DNA of 64,000 nt from Pseudomonadota bacterium (GTDB lineage: Bacteria; Pseudomonadota; Gammaproteobacteria; Acidiferrobacterales; Acidiferrobacteraceae): positions 13,295 through 77,294 of the forward strand of contig JAJYDT010000001.1 in NCBI GenBank assembly GCA_021777335.1, given 5' to 3'. Shown here piece by piece: positions 1-11,773 of this stretch (the stretch's first letter is position 1; each line of letters begins with the position of its first letter). Below the pieces are notes generated by a model that was not told the origin of the DNA, did not search any database, and was given only the letters and a program-made list of their open reading frames with translations. A program made the translations under genes and the position numbers.

Positions 1-730
1 CTACAATGTCCCTGGCCTGAACCGGGTGCATCTCAAGTTCAGCGGACCGGTGCTCGCCGGCATCTACGACGGCCGTATCCGCTACTGGAATGACCGCGCC
101 ATTCAGTCCCTGAACCCGGGGGTGCGCCTGCCAAGGAAGGTGATCGTGCCTATCCACCGTACCGACGGCAGCGGCGACACCTTCATCTTCAGCCAATACC
201 TGTCATTCTCGACGCCACAGTGGGACCAGAACGTCGGTTACGGCACGACCATCAGCTGGCCTGCCCTGCCGGGCAGCATTGGTGCGGTGGGCAATCCGGG
301 AATGGTCCAGGCGGCGCAGCAGAACCGGTATTCGATCGCCTATATCGGCGTGAGTTTTTCGCGTGAAGTGGCGAAGGCGGGTCTGGGCACGGCGTTCCTC
401 AAAAACCGTGCCGGCCGTTTCCTGCTGCCGACCCCGGTCACCATCGGCGCTGCCGCAAACCAGCTGGTTGCCAAGACCCCGAAAGACGAGCGTCTGAGCC
501 TGGTGTTCGCGCCTGGGGTAAACTCGTACCCGATTATCAATTACGAGTATGCGATCGTGAACAAGCACCAGCCGAACCGCGCCGTGGGTGACGCCGTCAG
601 GAATTTCCTCCGCTGGGCGGTTGACCCGCGCGGGGGGAACTCGATGCGTTACCTGAGCCAGGTGCACTTTATGCCATTGCCGGGACGCATCTCGCAACTC
701 AGCAAGGTCCAGATCAACGAGATCAAGTAA
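1..730 (+). CDS. pstS: phosphate ABC transporter substrate-binding protein PstS (5' end cut by window edge)
   Basis: Frame is open from nt 2. The C-terminal sequence is PstS-like (YNVPGLNRVHLKFSGPVLAGIYDGRIRYWND...). TAA at 728-730, followed by pstC and pstA. Confidence 0.9.
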   Translation, partial: YNVPGLNRVHLKFSGPVLAGIYDGRIRYWNDRAIQSLNPGVRLPRKVIVPIHRTDGSGDTFIFSQYLSFSTPQWDQNVGYGTTISWPALPGSIGAVGNPGMVQAAQQNRYSIAYIGVSFSREVAKAGLGTAFLKNRAGRFLLPTPVTIGAAANQLVAKTPKDERLSLVFAPGVNSYPIINYEYAIVNKHQPNRAVGDAVRNFLRWAVDPRGGNSMRYLSQVHFMPLPGRISQLSKVQINEIK

Positions 731-743
731 CCTTAAAAATAAA

Positions 744-779
744 GACCGGCCATGGGCGCAACAGCGCCCATGGCCGGTC
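744..779 (+). terminator. perfect 16-bp intercistronic stem-loop after pstS (partial terminator / mRNA stabiliser)
   Basis: GACCGGCCATGGGCGC-aaca-GCGCCCATGGCCGGTC read directly. It starts 14 nt after the pstS stop, and CCGTTTCT follows. Confidence 0.6.
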
Positions 780-796
780 CCGTTTCTGAAGACGAA

Positions 797-1765
797 ATGA
801 ACAACCGGTCCTACTATCGTCTGCTGCTGATCGGGATTACCGCGCTGATCCCGCTCAGCCTGTTCGCGGTGTTTGTGTTTCTCGGGACGTATTCCTGGCC
901 CGCGATCCGCTTCAACGGACTGCATTTCCTGATCGGGAAGACATGGAGTCTCGGCAATCTGTACGCCAATCCGATCACCCTCCATGGCGCGGTTGTGCCG
1001 CGCGGCGCACGCTACGGCGTGCTCGTGTTCGTCGCGGGCACCGTGCTGAGTTCCCTGATCGCGCTTGCCATCGCGGTGCCAGTATCGCTCGGCGTGGCCG
1101 TGTTCCTGTCCGAGGGGGCGCCACCCCGTCTCAGGCCGGCGCTGTCGTTCATCGTTGAACTGCTCGCGGGGGTTCCAAGTGTCGTGTACGGGCTTTGGGG
1201 GTTCGCGGTACTGATTCCGTTCGTTGCAGCGACTCTCGGGCCCGGCCTCAAGCATTTGTTTGGCTGGATCCCTTTTTTCCGTGGCCCGGTGGGCGGCGGT
1301 TACGGGCTTCTGTCGGCGTCGCTCGTGCTGGCGCTGATGGTCGTGCCGATCATCGCGGCGACGGTGCGTGACGCGTTGTCCAAGGTCCCCTTGGAGATCA
1401 AGGAGGCGGCTTACGGGCTCGGCGCGAGCCGTTTCGAGGTGGTATCACGCGTGATGTTGCCGATGGCCCGTGCAAGCGTGATCGGGGCAAGCATTCTCGG
1501 ACTTGGCCGCGCGCTCGGCGAAACCATGGCGGTGCTCATGGTCTCGGGTGGGGCGCTGAACTATCTCCCGGGGAATATCTACGGCCCCGTCTCGACGATG
1601 GCCTCGTTCATCGCCTCGCAGCTTGACAGCGCACTACAGGATCCGACAGGCATGGCCGTCCGCTCGCTTGCGGAGATCGCCCTGCTCCTGTTTGGCATCA
1701 CCGTGCTTGTCAACATCCTGGCGAGGCTTCTTATCGGGAGGAAAGGTGCCACTGCGCGCGCCTAA
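797..1765 (+). CDS. pstC: phosphate ABC transporter permease PstC
   Basis: Multi-TM ABC permease with an EAA-type loop (EIKEAAYGLGASRFEV). Start moved from ORF-track ATG 752, which is buried in the hairpin arm, to in-frame ATG 797, giving 322 aa. Start uncertain. Confidence 0.88.
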   Translation: MNNRSYYRLLLIGITALIPLSLFAVFVFLGTYSWPAIRFNGLHFLIGKTWSLGNLYANPITLHGAVVPRGARYGVLVFVAGTVLSSLIALAIAVPVSLGVAVFLSEGAPPRLRPALSFIVELLAGVPSVVYGLWGFAVLIPFVAATLGPGLKHLFGWIPFFRGPVGGGYGLLSASLVLALMVVPIIAATVRDALSKVPLEIKEAAYGLGASRFEVVSRVMLPMARASVIGASILGLGRALGETMAVLMVSGGALNYLPGNIYGPVSTMASFIASQLDSALQDPTGMAVRSLAEIALLLFGITVLVNILARLLIGRKGATARA

Positions 1766-2609
1766 ACCTTTGTGGCGCGGTCGCCGGACGCTGGCTGGGG
1801 TGCTCGGCTGGTCTGGCGCCGTACTCGCGTTTGTGCTGGTCGCGTTTCCGCTGCTGGATATCCTCTATCTCATCACGCGGCGCGCGTTTTCGGCGTTTTC
1901 CCTGACCCTGTTCACCCAGGTGACGAATGGCATCAGCGGGGGGCTGCTCAACGCCATCACCGGCACGGCCGTGCTGGTCGCGGGATCCCTGATCATCGCG
2001 GCCCCGGTCGGCATCCTCACCGGCGTCTATCTGGCGGAGTTTGGCCACGGGCGGTTCGGGAGTACCGTGCGGTTCTGCAGCGATGTCCTCACAGGCGTGC
2101 CATCGATCGTGCTCGGTTATTTCAGCTATGTGACGCTCGTCATCGGGCTTGGCTGGCAATTCTCGGTCATGGCCGGCGCCATCACGCTTGCGATCATGAT
2201 CGTGCCCTACCTCGCACGATTGACAGAGCTCGCGCTGCAGAGGGTCCCAAACGGACTGCGGGAGGCGGGGTATGCCCTTGGCATGCGTGAAGCGACGGTC
2301 ATTGCGCGTGTGGTGGTCCCTGCGGCCCTGCCCGGGGTCCTGACGGCCGTCCTGTTGTCTACCGCAATCTCAGTTGGCGAAACAGCGCCCCTCATCTACA
2401 CCGCCGGATGGTCGAACTACCTGTGGAACGGGCGCTTCACCCACGAGCCCATCGGTTATCTCACATACGTCATCTGGAGCTTCATCAATCAGCCGTTTGC
2501 TTCGGCGCACGCACTTGCGTTTGCTGCAGCCTTCCTTGTGATCGCCGCGGTGCTTGTCCTGAATATCGGGGTCCACCTGCTCCTGAGGCGCAAGGTACCG
2601 GCGCACTAG
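1746..2609 (+). CDS. pstA: phosphate ABC transporter permease PstA
   Basis: ABC permease loop LREAGYALGMREATVI. In-frame GTG 1746 is preceded by GGGAGGAAAG and overlaps the pstC stop. The 287 aa length is typical for PstA. Confidence 0.88.
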   Translation: MPLRAPKPLWRGRRTLAGVLGWSGAVLAFVLVAFPLLDILYLITRRAFSAFSLTLFTQVTNGISGGLLNAITGTAVLVAGSLIIAAPVGILTGVYLAEFGHGRFGSTVRFCSDVLTGVPSIVLGYFSYVTLVIGLGWQFSVMAGAITLAIMIVPYLARLTELALQRVPNGLREAGYALGMREATVIARVVVPAALPGVLTAVLLSTAISVGETAPLIYTAGWSNYLWNGRFTHEPIGYLTYVIWSFINQPFASAHALAFAAAFLVIAAVLVLNIGVHLLLRRKVPAH

Positions 2610-2611
2610 GC

Positions 2612-2983
2612 ATGTACAAGCGTGCCGTCCGCATCGTATTTCTTGGTGCGCAATCTGAGGCCTCCGCGGCGCGGGCCTGTGCCTTGGAGATCGGCGGTAA
2701 ACGCATCGAGGTGCGCGCACGCTGCGTGCCTGGCAGTGGCGCCTCGGCAGGACCGGGCCACAGCCCTGTGCCGCCGCTTGATGACGCGGATCTTGCCTGG
2801 GCGGATCTCTGCGTGGTGCTCAATGCGGCGGTCGGCAGGCTCGACGTCCGCAGCGGTCTTGCCGTGCGCTATTGGACGGATGGCCCCGCTCAAGGAGGCC
2901 CGGATGCGTATGTCGCGTTCTTCGCGCCGCGTATCGAGGGAATCATCGGGGGTCTCCGGCTGCTGGAACGCATGGACCAATAG
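2612..2983 (+). CDS. LMW-PTP/ArsC-fold-like protein with degenerate P-loop (putative pseudo-phosphatase)
   Basis: ATG lies 2 nt after the pstA stop. By-eye alignment to the low-molecular-weight phosphatase/ArsC fold (RIVFLGAQSEASAARA; ADLCVVL; RYWTDGP; AFFAPRIEGIIGGL). The CX5R(S/T) Cys and Arg are absent. Confidence 0.6.
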   Translation: MYKRAVRIVFLGAQSEASAARACALEIGGKRIEVRARCVPGSGASAGPGHSPVPPLDDADLAWADLCVVLNAAVGRLDVRSGLAVRYWTDGPAQGGPDAYVAFFAPRIEGIIGGLRLLERMDQ

Positions 2984-3111
2984 GTCGCGGCAGCTGGCCC
3001 GCGGGACCCCGAACCTTGGCAATGACCGTTGCCAGCCATGGATGAGCCCCTCTTCATATTCCCTTCATAACCCTCGGATAAAGTAGCCCAAGAATTCAAC
3101 CCGGAGGGTTT

Positions 3112-3618
3112 ATGCAACAGGAACTTCATCGCAATGACCACTGCTCAGGACAGGGTCTTCAGGTCCGTGGCGATCCCTCGGTACGTGATTTCCTGTTCCA
3201 GCAGACCCGGGTCGAAAGCGAGTTCGACCGGCAGATCGATCGTTTGCTGGCCACAGTATGCCAGCTGCTGGGTGAGGCACGGCTGTTCCATGTGATCATC
3301 CATTTCTCAAGCAACCAGCTCACGTGCTGGCCGAACCAGGATCCCTGCCGTTATCAGATCCATCTCGCGCCAGCCGTGCTGTCGCCGGCCTTTGTCGAAC
3401 GGTTCCTGCCGGTGGCGCTGGGGGCCCCGGTGATTCCGCCGTCGCAACTCCCGCAGGTCCTTTCGGAGTTCAAACGCCTGCGTTTCAGGGATCCGAACAT
3501 CTATCTGCGCACCGGGTCGGTGAACCTCGCCAACGGGATCATCGGCATGTCGTTCTCGTGCGATGGCAGCCATTACCTGTCATTCGACGAGTTTCGCCGG
3601 CTTATCAGGCACTATTGA
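3112..3618 (+). CDS. hypothetical protein (168 aa) inside the pst operon
   Basis: ORF with GGAGGG immediately upstream of ATG 3112 and GC-rich third codon positions. No family recognised. Confidence 0.6.
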   Translation: MQQELHRNDHCSGQGLQVRGDPSVRDFLFQQTRVESEFDRQIDRLLATVCQLLGEARLFHVIIHFSSNQLTCWPNQDPCRYQIHLAPAVLSPAFVERFLPVALGAPVIPPSQLPQVLSEFKRLRFRDPNIYLRTGSVNLANGIIGMSFSCDGSHYLSFDEFRRLIRHY

Positions 3619-3847
3619 CGTGCGCAAGCGCCTTCCTCGCGGGCATCAGGGCCGTATTCCGATGGCGGGTTCGCGTGCGGGGGCGGGCAACCGCCCGGGC
3701 CTCGCTGGTCAATCCTTGCCCCATCAGACTAAAATGACGGCGGCCATGACGCTGCCGACGGCCGTTCCGTACTCCGCAGGCAGAGTCCGCGGGGCCGGCG
3801 CGTTACCGGTCGGGCAAGGGGCCGACGAACGCATCCGGGACCAGGTC

Positions 3848-4618
3848 ATGTCCGAAGGGCAAAACGGTATCAAGCTGCGCGCGCGTGACCTCTATTTCTA
3901 TTACGGAAAGGAGGTTGCGCTCAAGAATATCAGTCTCGACATCGCGACCCACATGGTCACCGCGTTCATCGGACCGTCCGGTTGCGGAAAATCCACGCTG
4001 CTGCGCACCTTCAACCGGATGTACGAGCTCTACGCGGACCAGAAGGCCACGGGCGAGGTCTATCTCGATGATCGCAATATCCTGCTTCCGGGCGAGGACC
4101 TGTATCGCCTGAGGGCGCGCGTCGGCATGGTGTTCCAGAAGCCTACGCCCTTTCCGATCTCGGTATACGAGAACGTCGCATTCGGCGTCAGGCTCTATGA
4201 GCGCCTGCGCAAGTCGGACATGGATGACCGGGTGGAGGCAGCGCTTCGACAGGCGGCGCTGTGGGACGAAGTGAGCGGCAAGCTGTCCCAGAACGCGCTC
4301 AGCCTGTCAGGGGGGCAGCAGCAGCGGCTGTGCATCGCCCGTGCGGTTGCCGTAAAGCCGGAGGTGCTGCTGCTGGATGAGCCCGCCTCGGCGCTCGACC
4401 CGATTTCCACGTTCAAGATCGAAGAGCTGATCTACGAATTGAAGCAGAAATATACGATCGCCATCGTGACCCACAATATGCAGCAGGCCGCGCGAGTTTC
4501 AGACTATACTGCGTTTATGTATCTCGGGGAGCTCGTGGAATTCGGCGACACGAACACGATCTTCACGAACCCAAGGAAGCAGCAGACAGAAGACTACATC
4601 ACCGGGCGGTATGGGTGA
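3848..4618 (+). CDS. pstB: phosphate ABC transporter ATP-binding protein PstB
   Basis: Walker [10 protein letters not shown], signature LSGGQQQRL, Walker B LLLDEP. Start re-picked to ATG 3848 ([20 protein letters not shown]), giving 256 aa. Confidence 0.93.
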   Translation: MSEGQNGIKLRARDLYFYYGKEVALKNISLDIATHMVTAFIGPSGCGKSTLLRTFNRMYELYADQKATGEVYLDDRNILLPGEDLYRLRARVGMVFQKPTPFPISVYENVAFGVRLYERLRKSDMDDRVEAALRQAALWDEVSGKLSQNALSLSGGQQQRLCIARAVAVKPEVLLLDEPASALDPISTFKIEELIYELKQKYTIAIVTHNMQQAARVSDYTAFMYLGELVEFGDTNTIFTNPRKQQTEDYITGRYG

Positions 4619-4659
4619 GCGATAGGCCCGCCCCTGGGGTGTACGCCGGGGCGAGCCAC

Positions 4660-5382
4660 ATGGAACCGAACATGCACGAACATATATCGCGGCGTTACAA
4701 CGCAGAGCTTGAGGACATCCGCACCCGTGTGCTTCAGATGGGCGGATTCGTCGAACAGCAGATCGCCGAGGGGATCTCTGCTCTGGCGAAGGGCGACGCC
4801 ATGCTGGGCGACGTTGTCATCAAGAACGACTACAAGGTCAACCGCATGGATGTGATGATCGACGAGGAATGCAACCAGATCATCGCCAGGCGGCAGCCGA
4901 CCGCAAGTGACCTGCGCCTGGTCATGGCGGTCATCAAGACAATCACCGATCTCGAACGGATCGGCGACGAGGCGGAAAAGATCGCACGCATGGCGGTGCG
5001 GCTTGCCGAGGAGGAGCGCCCGAAGGATTCCTATATCGAGGTCCAGACGCTCGGCAACCATGTGCGCCAAATGGTACACGACGCCCTCGACGCATTTGCG
5101 CGACTCGATGTTGAGGCGGCGGTGCGGGTAGCGCGCGAAGACCGCCATGTGGACCAGGAGTATGACGGACTTATGCGGCAGATGATCACGTTCATGATGG
5201 AGGATCCGCGTACGATATCGCGCGTACTCAATGTGATGTGGTCCATGCGGGCGCTCGAGCGCATCGGCGATCACGCCCGCAACATCTGCGAATATGTCAT
5301 CTACCTCGTGAAGGGCAAGGACGTGCGTCACACGAGCCTGGAGCAGATCGAGACCGAGATCCTGGGGCGCACGGCTCCCTGA
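4660..5382 (+). CDS. phoU: phosphate signalling regulator PhoU
   Basis: Two PhoU repeats ([13 protein letters not shown] and [14 protein letters not shown]). Follows pstB. 240 aa from ATG 4660; ATG 4672 is also possible. Confidence 0.9.
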   Translation: MEPNMHEHISRRYNAELEDIRTRVLQMGGFVEQQIAEGISALAKGDAMLGDVVIKNDYKVNRMDVMIDEECNQIIARRQPTASDLRLVMAVIKTITDLERIGDEAEKIARMAVRLAEEERPKDSYIEVQTLGNHVRQMVHDALDAFARLDVEAAVRVAREDRHVDQEYDGLMRQMITFMMEDPRTISRVLNVMWSMRALERIGDHARNICEYVIYLVKGKDVRHTSLEQIETEILGRTAP

Positions 5383-5401
5383 GGAGCCGTCGGACGGCTT
5401 C
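5383..5401. terminator. short stem-loop between convergent phoU and hemB
   Basis: GGAGCCG-tcgga-CGGCTTC (one G-U pair) lies in the 25-nt gap between the two stop codons. No clear U-tract. Confidence 0.35.
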
Positions 5402-5407
5402 CACTCT

Positions 5408-7581
<2,174 letters not shown>

Positions 7582-7806
7582 GGTTGTTCTCGCTTATGTG
7601 GTTCGCGTAGTTGACTTTTTAGGTCGCCTTAGGGCGCCTCATGCGTGGCTAAACTACCTGTTGACTATGAGAACGTCAATGGTTTTTGGGCTATCATAAA
7701 AAACCCGAATCAACCTCCGCGTATCTTGTCGGTGAAGCCCGGGCGGTTTTGGGTTAATCTACGCGCGGCCTGAGGGCCAGAAGGCCACGATCATACGCCA
7801 GCACTA

Positions 7807-8169
7807 ATGAATCCTATTCCCGATTTTAATGATACCGAGGTCTGGACGATCAGGGTGGCCGTCAATGAACGCTATGGCAAGCCAGTGGATCTCCAGCTTG
7901 CGGACGCCGAATTGCGTCTTGACCCCGCAGTTGTCGCGCTGACCTCCTGCCCCACGGTGTTCTGGTCGGAGCGCGGAGCCAGTTTCGTGATCAGCAAGGT
8001 CGGTGAGGGACGTTACCGCGGCCAGTTCTTTTACAGCGTCAGTGAGCAGTATGGGACCGGCCGGGACATTTACGATGACCTTACCGAGTGCGTGACGACA
8101 TTACTGCAGGTGCAGTCGGATCACGAACGTGACCGGTTGATGTCCCAGGGCAACAGCCTCAAGAATTGA
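7807..8169 (+). CDS. hypothetical protein (120 aa)
   Basis: ORF 24 nt upstream of pfp on the same strand. No obvious SD and no family recognised. Confidence 0.5.
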   Translation: MNPIPDFNDTEVWTIRVAVNERYGKPVDLQLADAELRLDPAVVALTSCPTVFWSERGASFVISKVGEGRYRGQFFYSVSEQYGTGRDIYDDLTECVTTLLQVQSDHERDRLMSQGNSLKN

Positions 8170-8193
8170 CAAGCGGGATGAGGGAGATTTTGA

Positions 8194-9459
8194 ATGGCTA
8201 AAGCCAAAAACGCATTTTACGCCCAGTCAGGGGGTGTCACGGCGGTGATCAACGCCTCGGCCTGCGGCGTCATCGAGACGGCGCGCAAGCACAAGGGAAA
8301 GATCGGAAAGGTGTATGCTGGGCGAAACGGCATCATCGGTGCGTTGACCGAGGATCTGATCGATACCACGAAGGAGTCGGCACAGGCCATCCGCGCCCTG
8401 CGGCATACGCCCGCCGGCGCGTTCGGGTCCTGCCGCTACAAGCTGAAAGGTCTCCAGGAGAACAAGGCGCAATATGAACGGCTGATCGAGGTCTTAAAGG
8501 CCCACGACATCGGCTATTTCTTCTATAACGGTGGTGGTGATTCCCAGGATACGGCCCACAAGGTCTCGCAGATCGGGGAACAGCTCGGTTATCCCATTAT
8601 CTGCGTGGGAATCCCGAAAACTGTCGACAACGATCTCCCCATCACCGATAACTCCCCGGGTTTCGGGTCGGTTGCCAAGTATGTCGCGGTGTCCATCCGC
8701 GAAGCGGCCTTTGACGTCGCGAGCATGGCGAAGACGTCGACGAAGATCTTCGTGATGGAAGTCATGGGGCGCCATGCGGGCTGGATCGCCGCCGCCGCAG
8801 GGCTCGCCGCAGAGAAGGAGGGGGATGCGCCGCAGATCATCCTGCTTCCCGAGGTTGCGTTCAATGAGGCCGCCTTTCTCGAGAAGGTCGACCGGACGGT
8901 CAAGACCTGCGGCTACTGCGCGATCGTCGTATCCGAGGGTGTGCATGACGCGAACGGGCGGTTCCTCTCCGAATCCGGACTCAAAGATGCATTTGGCCAT
9001 GCCCAGCTCGGCGGCGTGGCGCCGGTGATTGCGCGGCTCGTGAAAGACAAGCTTAACTACAAGTATCACTGGGCGGTGGCGGACTACCTGCAGCGCGCCG
9101 CGCGGCACATCGCGTCCAAAACGGACGTCGCACAGGCGTATGCCATGGGCAAGGCTGCGGTGGAGCTCGCACTTAAGGGCCGTAATGCAGTCATGCCGAC
9201 CATCGTGCGCAAGTCGAACCGGCCCTATAAATGGACAGTCGGTGTGGCGAACCTGGCGGATGTCGCCAATGTCGAGAAAAAGATGCCCGCAGATTTCATT
9301 GCATCGGATGGGTTCGGGATCACGGCGAAGTGCCGTGCCTATCTTGAACCGCTCATCCAGGGTGAAGATTATCCCCCATACAAGAAGGGGTTGCCGGCCT
9401 ACGTCAAGCTCAAGAACGTCGCCGTCAAGAAGAAGCTCGGCACTGAATTCAAGGTATAG
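8194..9459 (+). CDS. pfp: 6-phosphofructokinase, probably pyrophosphate-dependent
   Basis: PFK family (FYAQSGGVTAVINAS...NGGGDSQDTA...PKTVDNDL...MGRHAGW). A 421-aa enzyme next to hppA matches the arrangement described for the Methylococcus PPi-PFK. PPi specificity is inferred, not shown. Confidence 0.8.
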   Translation: MAKAKNAFYAQSGGVTAVINASACGVIETARKHKGKIGKVYAGRNGIIGALTEDLIDTTKESAQAIRALRHTPAGAFGSCRYKLKGLQENKAQYERLIEVLKAHDIGYFFYNGGGDSQDTAHKVSQIGEQLGYPIICVGIPKTVDNDLPITDNSPGFGSVAKYVAVSIREAAFDVASMAKTSTKIFVMEVMGRHAGWIAAAAGLAAEKEGDAPQIILLPEVAFNEAAFLEKVDRTVKTCGYCAIVVSEGVHDANGRFLSESGLKDAFGHAQLGGVAPVIARLVKDKLNYKYHWAVADYLQRAARHIASKTDVAQAYAMGKAAVELALKGRNAVMPTIVRKSNRPYKWTVGVANLADVANVEKKMPADFIASDGFGITAKCRAYLEPLIQGEDYPPYKKGLPAYVKLKNVAVKKKLGTEFKV

Positions 9460-9474
9460 ATCCAGGAGGTTTGC

Positions 9475-9687
9475 GTGACACTGGACAAGGCGCGCGAACT
9501 GCTCACGGTGCAGGCTGGGTTTGGAGGCTTCTACAACAGCAACTCGTCGAAGCTGATTCTGTCCGAGGTCCAGCGGGAACATGGACAGGCGGCAGTGGAT
9601 CGGTTGATCCGGGAGCTTGAACTTGATCGCATCTTCGGGTTCGAGCCGGGCACACGGTTTGAAGGGGGGCTCACGGTCAAGCCTTGA
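9475..9687 (+). CDS. small hypothetical protein (70 aa) between pfp and hppA
   Basis: GTG start preceded by CAGGAGG; sits in the pfp-hppA gap. No family recognised. Confidence 0.6.
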   Translation: MTLDKARELLTVQAGFGGFYNSNSSKLILSEVQREHGQAAVDRLIRELELDRIFGFEPGTRFEGGLTVKP

Positions 9688-9734
9688 CGGGATCGCCGCC
9701 CTCTAAAAAAAGCGACTACTAACGGGAGGTCGTC

Positions 9735-11765
9735 ATGTCTGTCAGTCTGTACCTGGTGCTCGGCTGCGCGGTGCTCGCGCTGATCTACGGCGTGGTAACC
9801 ATCACCTGGGTTCTGGGGCGTCCGACCGGAAACGAGCGGATGGTCGAGATTGCGCTGGCCATTCAGGAGGGCGCGTCGGCATTCCTGAACCGGCAGTACA
9901 CGACCATCGCAGTGGTTGGGGCCGTTCTGTTCGCGCTCATCTTCTTCTTTCTCGGCAAGCTGACGGCAGCAGGTTTCGCGATCGGCGCGCTCCTGTCGGC
10001 TGCCGCAGGCTACGTGGGCATGAACGTATCAGTACGCGCGAACGTGCGCACTGCCGAGGCGGCACGCGAAGGACTGAATAGCGCACTCAAGGTCGCGTTC
10101 CGTGCGGGATCCGTGACCGGCCTCCTGGTCGTCGGTCTCGGACTGCTCGGCGTTGCAGGCTATTACGCGGTGCTCGTTGCCCTCACGCCTGCCACTGCGG
10201 CGGGTCCGAGCATGGCGCCGCTCGTCGGACTCGCCTTCGGCGCATCGCTGATATCCATCTTTGCCCGGCTGGGCGGTGGCATCTTCACGAAGGGTGCGGA
10301 TGTCGGCGCGGACCTGGTTGGCAAGGTCGAGGCCGGAATTCCGGAGGACGACCCACGCAACCCCGCCGTGATCGCGGACAACGTGGGCGACAACGTCGGT
10401 GACTGTGCCGGTATGGCAGCCGATCTGTTTGAGACGTATGCGGTCACGATTATTGCGACGATGCTGCTCGGAAACAGTCTGCTCGAGGGGTTCGGAAACG
10501 CCGTGCTGTATCCGCTGGCGCTCGGCGCGGTCTCGATTGTGGCCTCTATCATCGGCACGTTCTTCGTGAAGGCACGTGACGGCGGCAAGATCATGAACGC
10601 GCTTTATCGTGGCCTGATCGTGTCCGGCGGTATCGCGGGCATCGCGTTCTACCCCGTAACCGCCTACCTCATGACTGGCAACGGTGCCTACGGTGTGCAT
10701 GCGATCTACTATTCGTCGCTCGTCGGGCTGGTCGTGACCGCCGCCCTCGTGGTCATCACGGAATATTACACCGCGACTGAATACAAGCCGGTGCGCTACA
10801 TCGCGGAAGCGTCGACCACGGGCCATGGAACCAACGTCATCGCTGGGCTTGCGGTATCGATGAAGTCGACGGCGGCGCCCGTTGTTGTCATCTGCGCCGG
10901 CATATACACCGCCTATTATCTGGCTGGCCTTTACGGGGTGGCGATCGCCGCGACCGCGATGCTATCCATGGCGGGCATCATCATTGCACTCGATGCCTAT
11001 GGTCCGGTCACGGACAACGCCGGGGGTATTGCGGAGATGGCGGATCTCCCGGCCTCGGTGCGTGCCATCACGGACCCGCTGGACGCCGTCGGCAACACCA
11101 CCAAAGCGGTCACCAAGGGCTATGCGATCGGGTCGGCCGCGCTCGCGGCGCTGGTGCTGTTCACCGACTATACGCACGCGCTGACCGCCCACTCAGGACA
11201 TATCCTCACCTTCGACATCTCGAACCACCTGGTTATTATTGGTCTGCTGCTCGGGGGTCTCGTGCCCTATCTTTTCGGGGCGCTCGCCATGCAGGCGGTG
11301 GGGCGTGCGGCCGGATCGGTGGTGGTCGAGGTGCGTCGCCAGTTCCGGGAGATTCCGGGCATCATGCAGGGCACGGCAAAACCCGACTACTCGCGCGCTG
11401 TCGACATGCTGACGCGGTCGGCAATCAGGGAAATGGTGGTGCCCTCGCTGCTGCCAGTGCTGGTGCCAATCGTGGTCGGTCTGCTGCTTGGTCCCCAGGC
11501 CTTGGGTGGTGTGCTGATGGGGGTCATCGTCACGGGTCTTTTTGTCGCCATCTCGATGACGACCGGCGGCGGCGCATGGGACAACGCCAAGAAGTATATC
11601 GAGGACAACCATTTCGGCGGCAAGGGTTCGGAGGCACACAAGGCCGCTGTGACCGGCGACACCGTTGGCGATCCCTACAAGGACACGGCCGGACCGGCGA
11701 TCAACCCCCTGATCAAGATCATCAACATCGTCGCCCTGCTGATCGTGCCGTTGCTGCATTTCTAG
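9735..11765 (+). CDS. hppA: membrane-bound proton-translocating pyrophosphatase
   Basis: 676 aa polytopic protein with H+-PPase signatures ([52 protein letters not shown]). Confidence 0.95.
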   Translation: MSVSLYLVLGCAVLALIYGVVTITWVLGRPTGNERMVEIALAIQEGASAFLNRQYTTIAVVGAVLFALIFFFLGKLTAAGFAIGALLSAAAGYVGMNVSVRANVRTAEAAREGLNSALKVAFRAGSVTGLLVVGLGLLGVAGYYAVLVALTPATAAGPSMAPLVGLAFGASLISIFARLGGGIFTKGADVGADLVGKVEAGIPEDDPRNPAVIADNVGDNVGDCAGMAADLFETYAVTIIATMLLGNSLLEGFGNAVLYPLALGAVSIVASIIGTFFVKARDGGKIMNALYRGLIVSGGIAGIAFYPVTAYLMTGNGAYGVHAIYYSSLVGLVVTAALVVITEYYTATEYKPVRYIAEASTTGHGTNVIAGLAVSMKSTAAPVVVICAGIYTAYYLAGLYGVAIAATAMLSMAGIIIALDAYGPVTDNAGGIAEMADLPASVRAITDPLDAVGNTTKAVTKGYAIGSAALAALVLFTDYTHALTAHSGHILTFDISNHLVIIGLLLGGLVPYLFGALAMQAVGRAAGSVVVEVRRQFREIPGIMQGTAKPDYSRAVDMLTRSAIREMVVPSLLPVLVPIVVGLLLGPQALGGVLMGVIVTGLFVAISMTTGGGAWDNAKKYIEDNHFGGKGSEAHKAAVTGDTVGDPYKDTAGPAINPLIKIINIVALLIVPLLHF

Positions 11766-11773
11766 AAGGCACG

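Noticed and set aside
203-1255. 350-aa minus-strand ORF across pstS/pstC; similar long antisense ORFs at 27605-28813, 32978-34117, 35670-36725 and 8494-9582
   Set aside because: These are typical stop-poor antisense frames of a high-GC genome. Their products are Arg/Pro/His-rich and low in complexity, and each lies fully opposite a gene with strong family signatures.
3017-3034. TGGCAA-tgaccg-TTGCCA upstream of ORF 3112, read as a possible sigma54 promoter
   Set aside because: The GG-to-GC spacing is 11 nt rather than the required 10. It is better described as a 6-bp inverted repeat of unknown significance.
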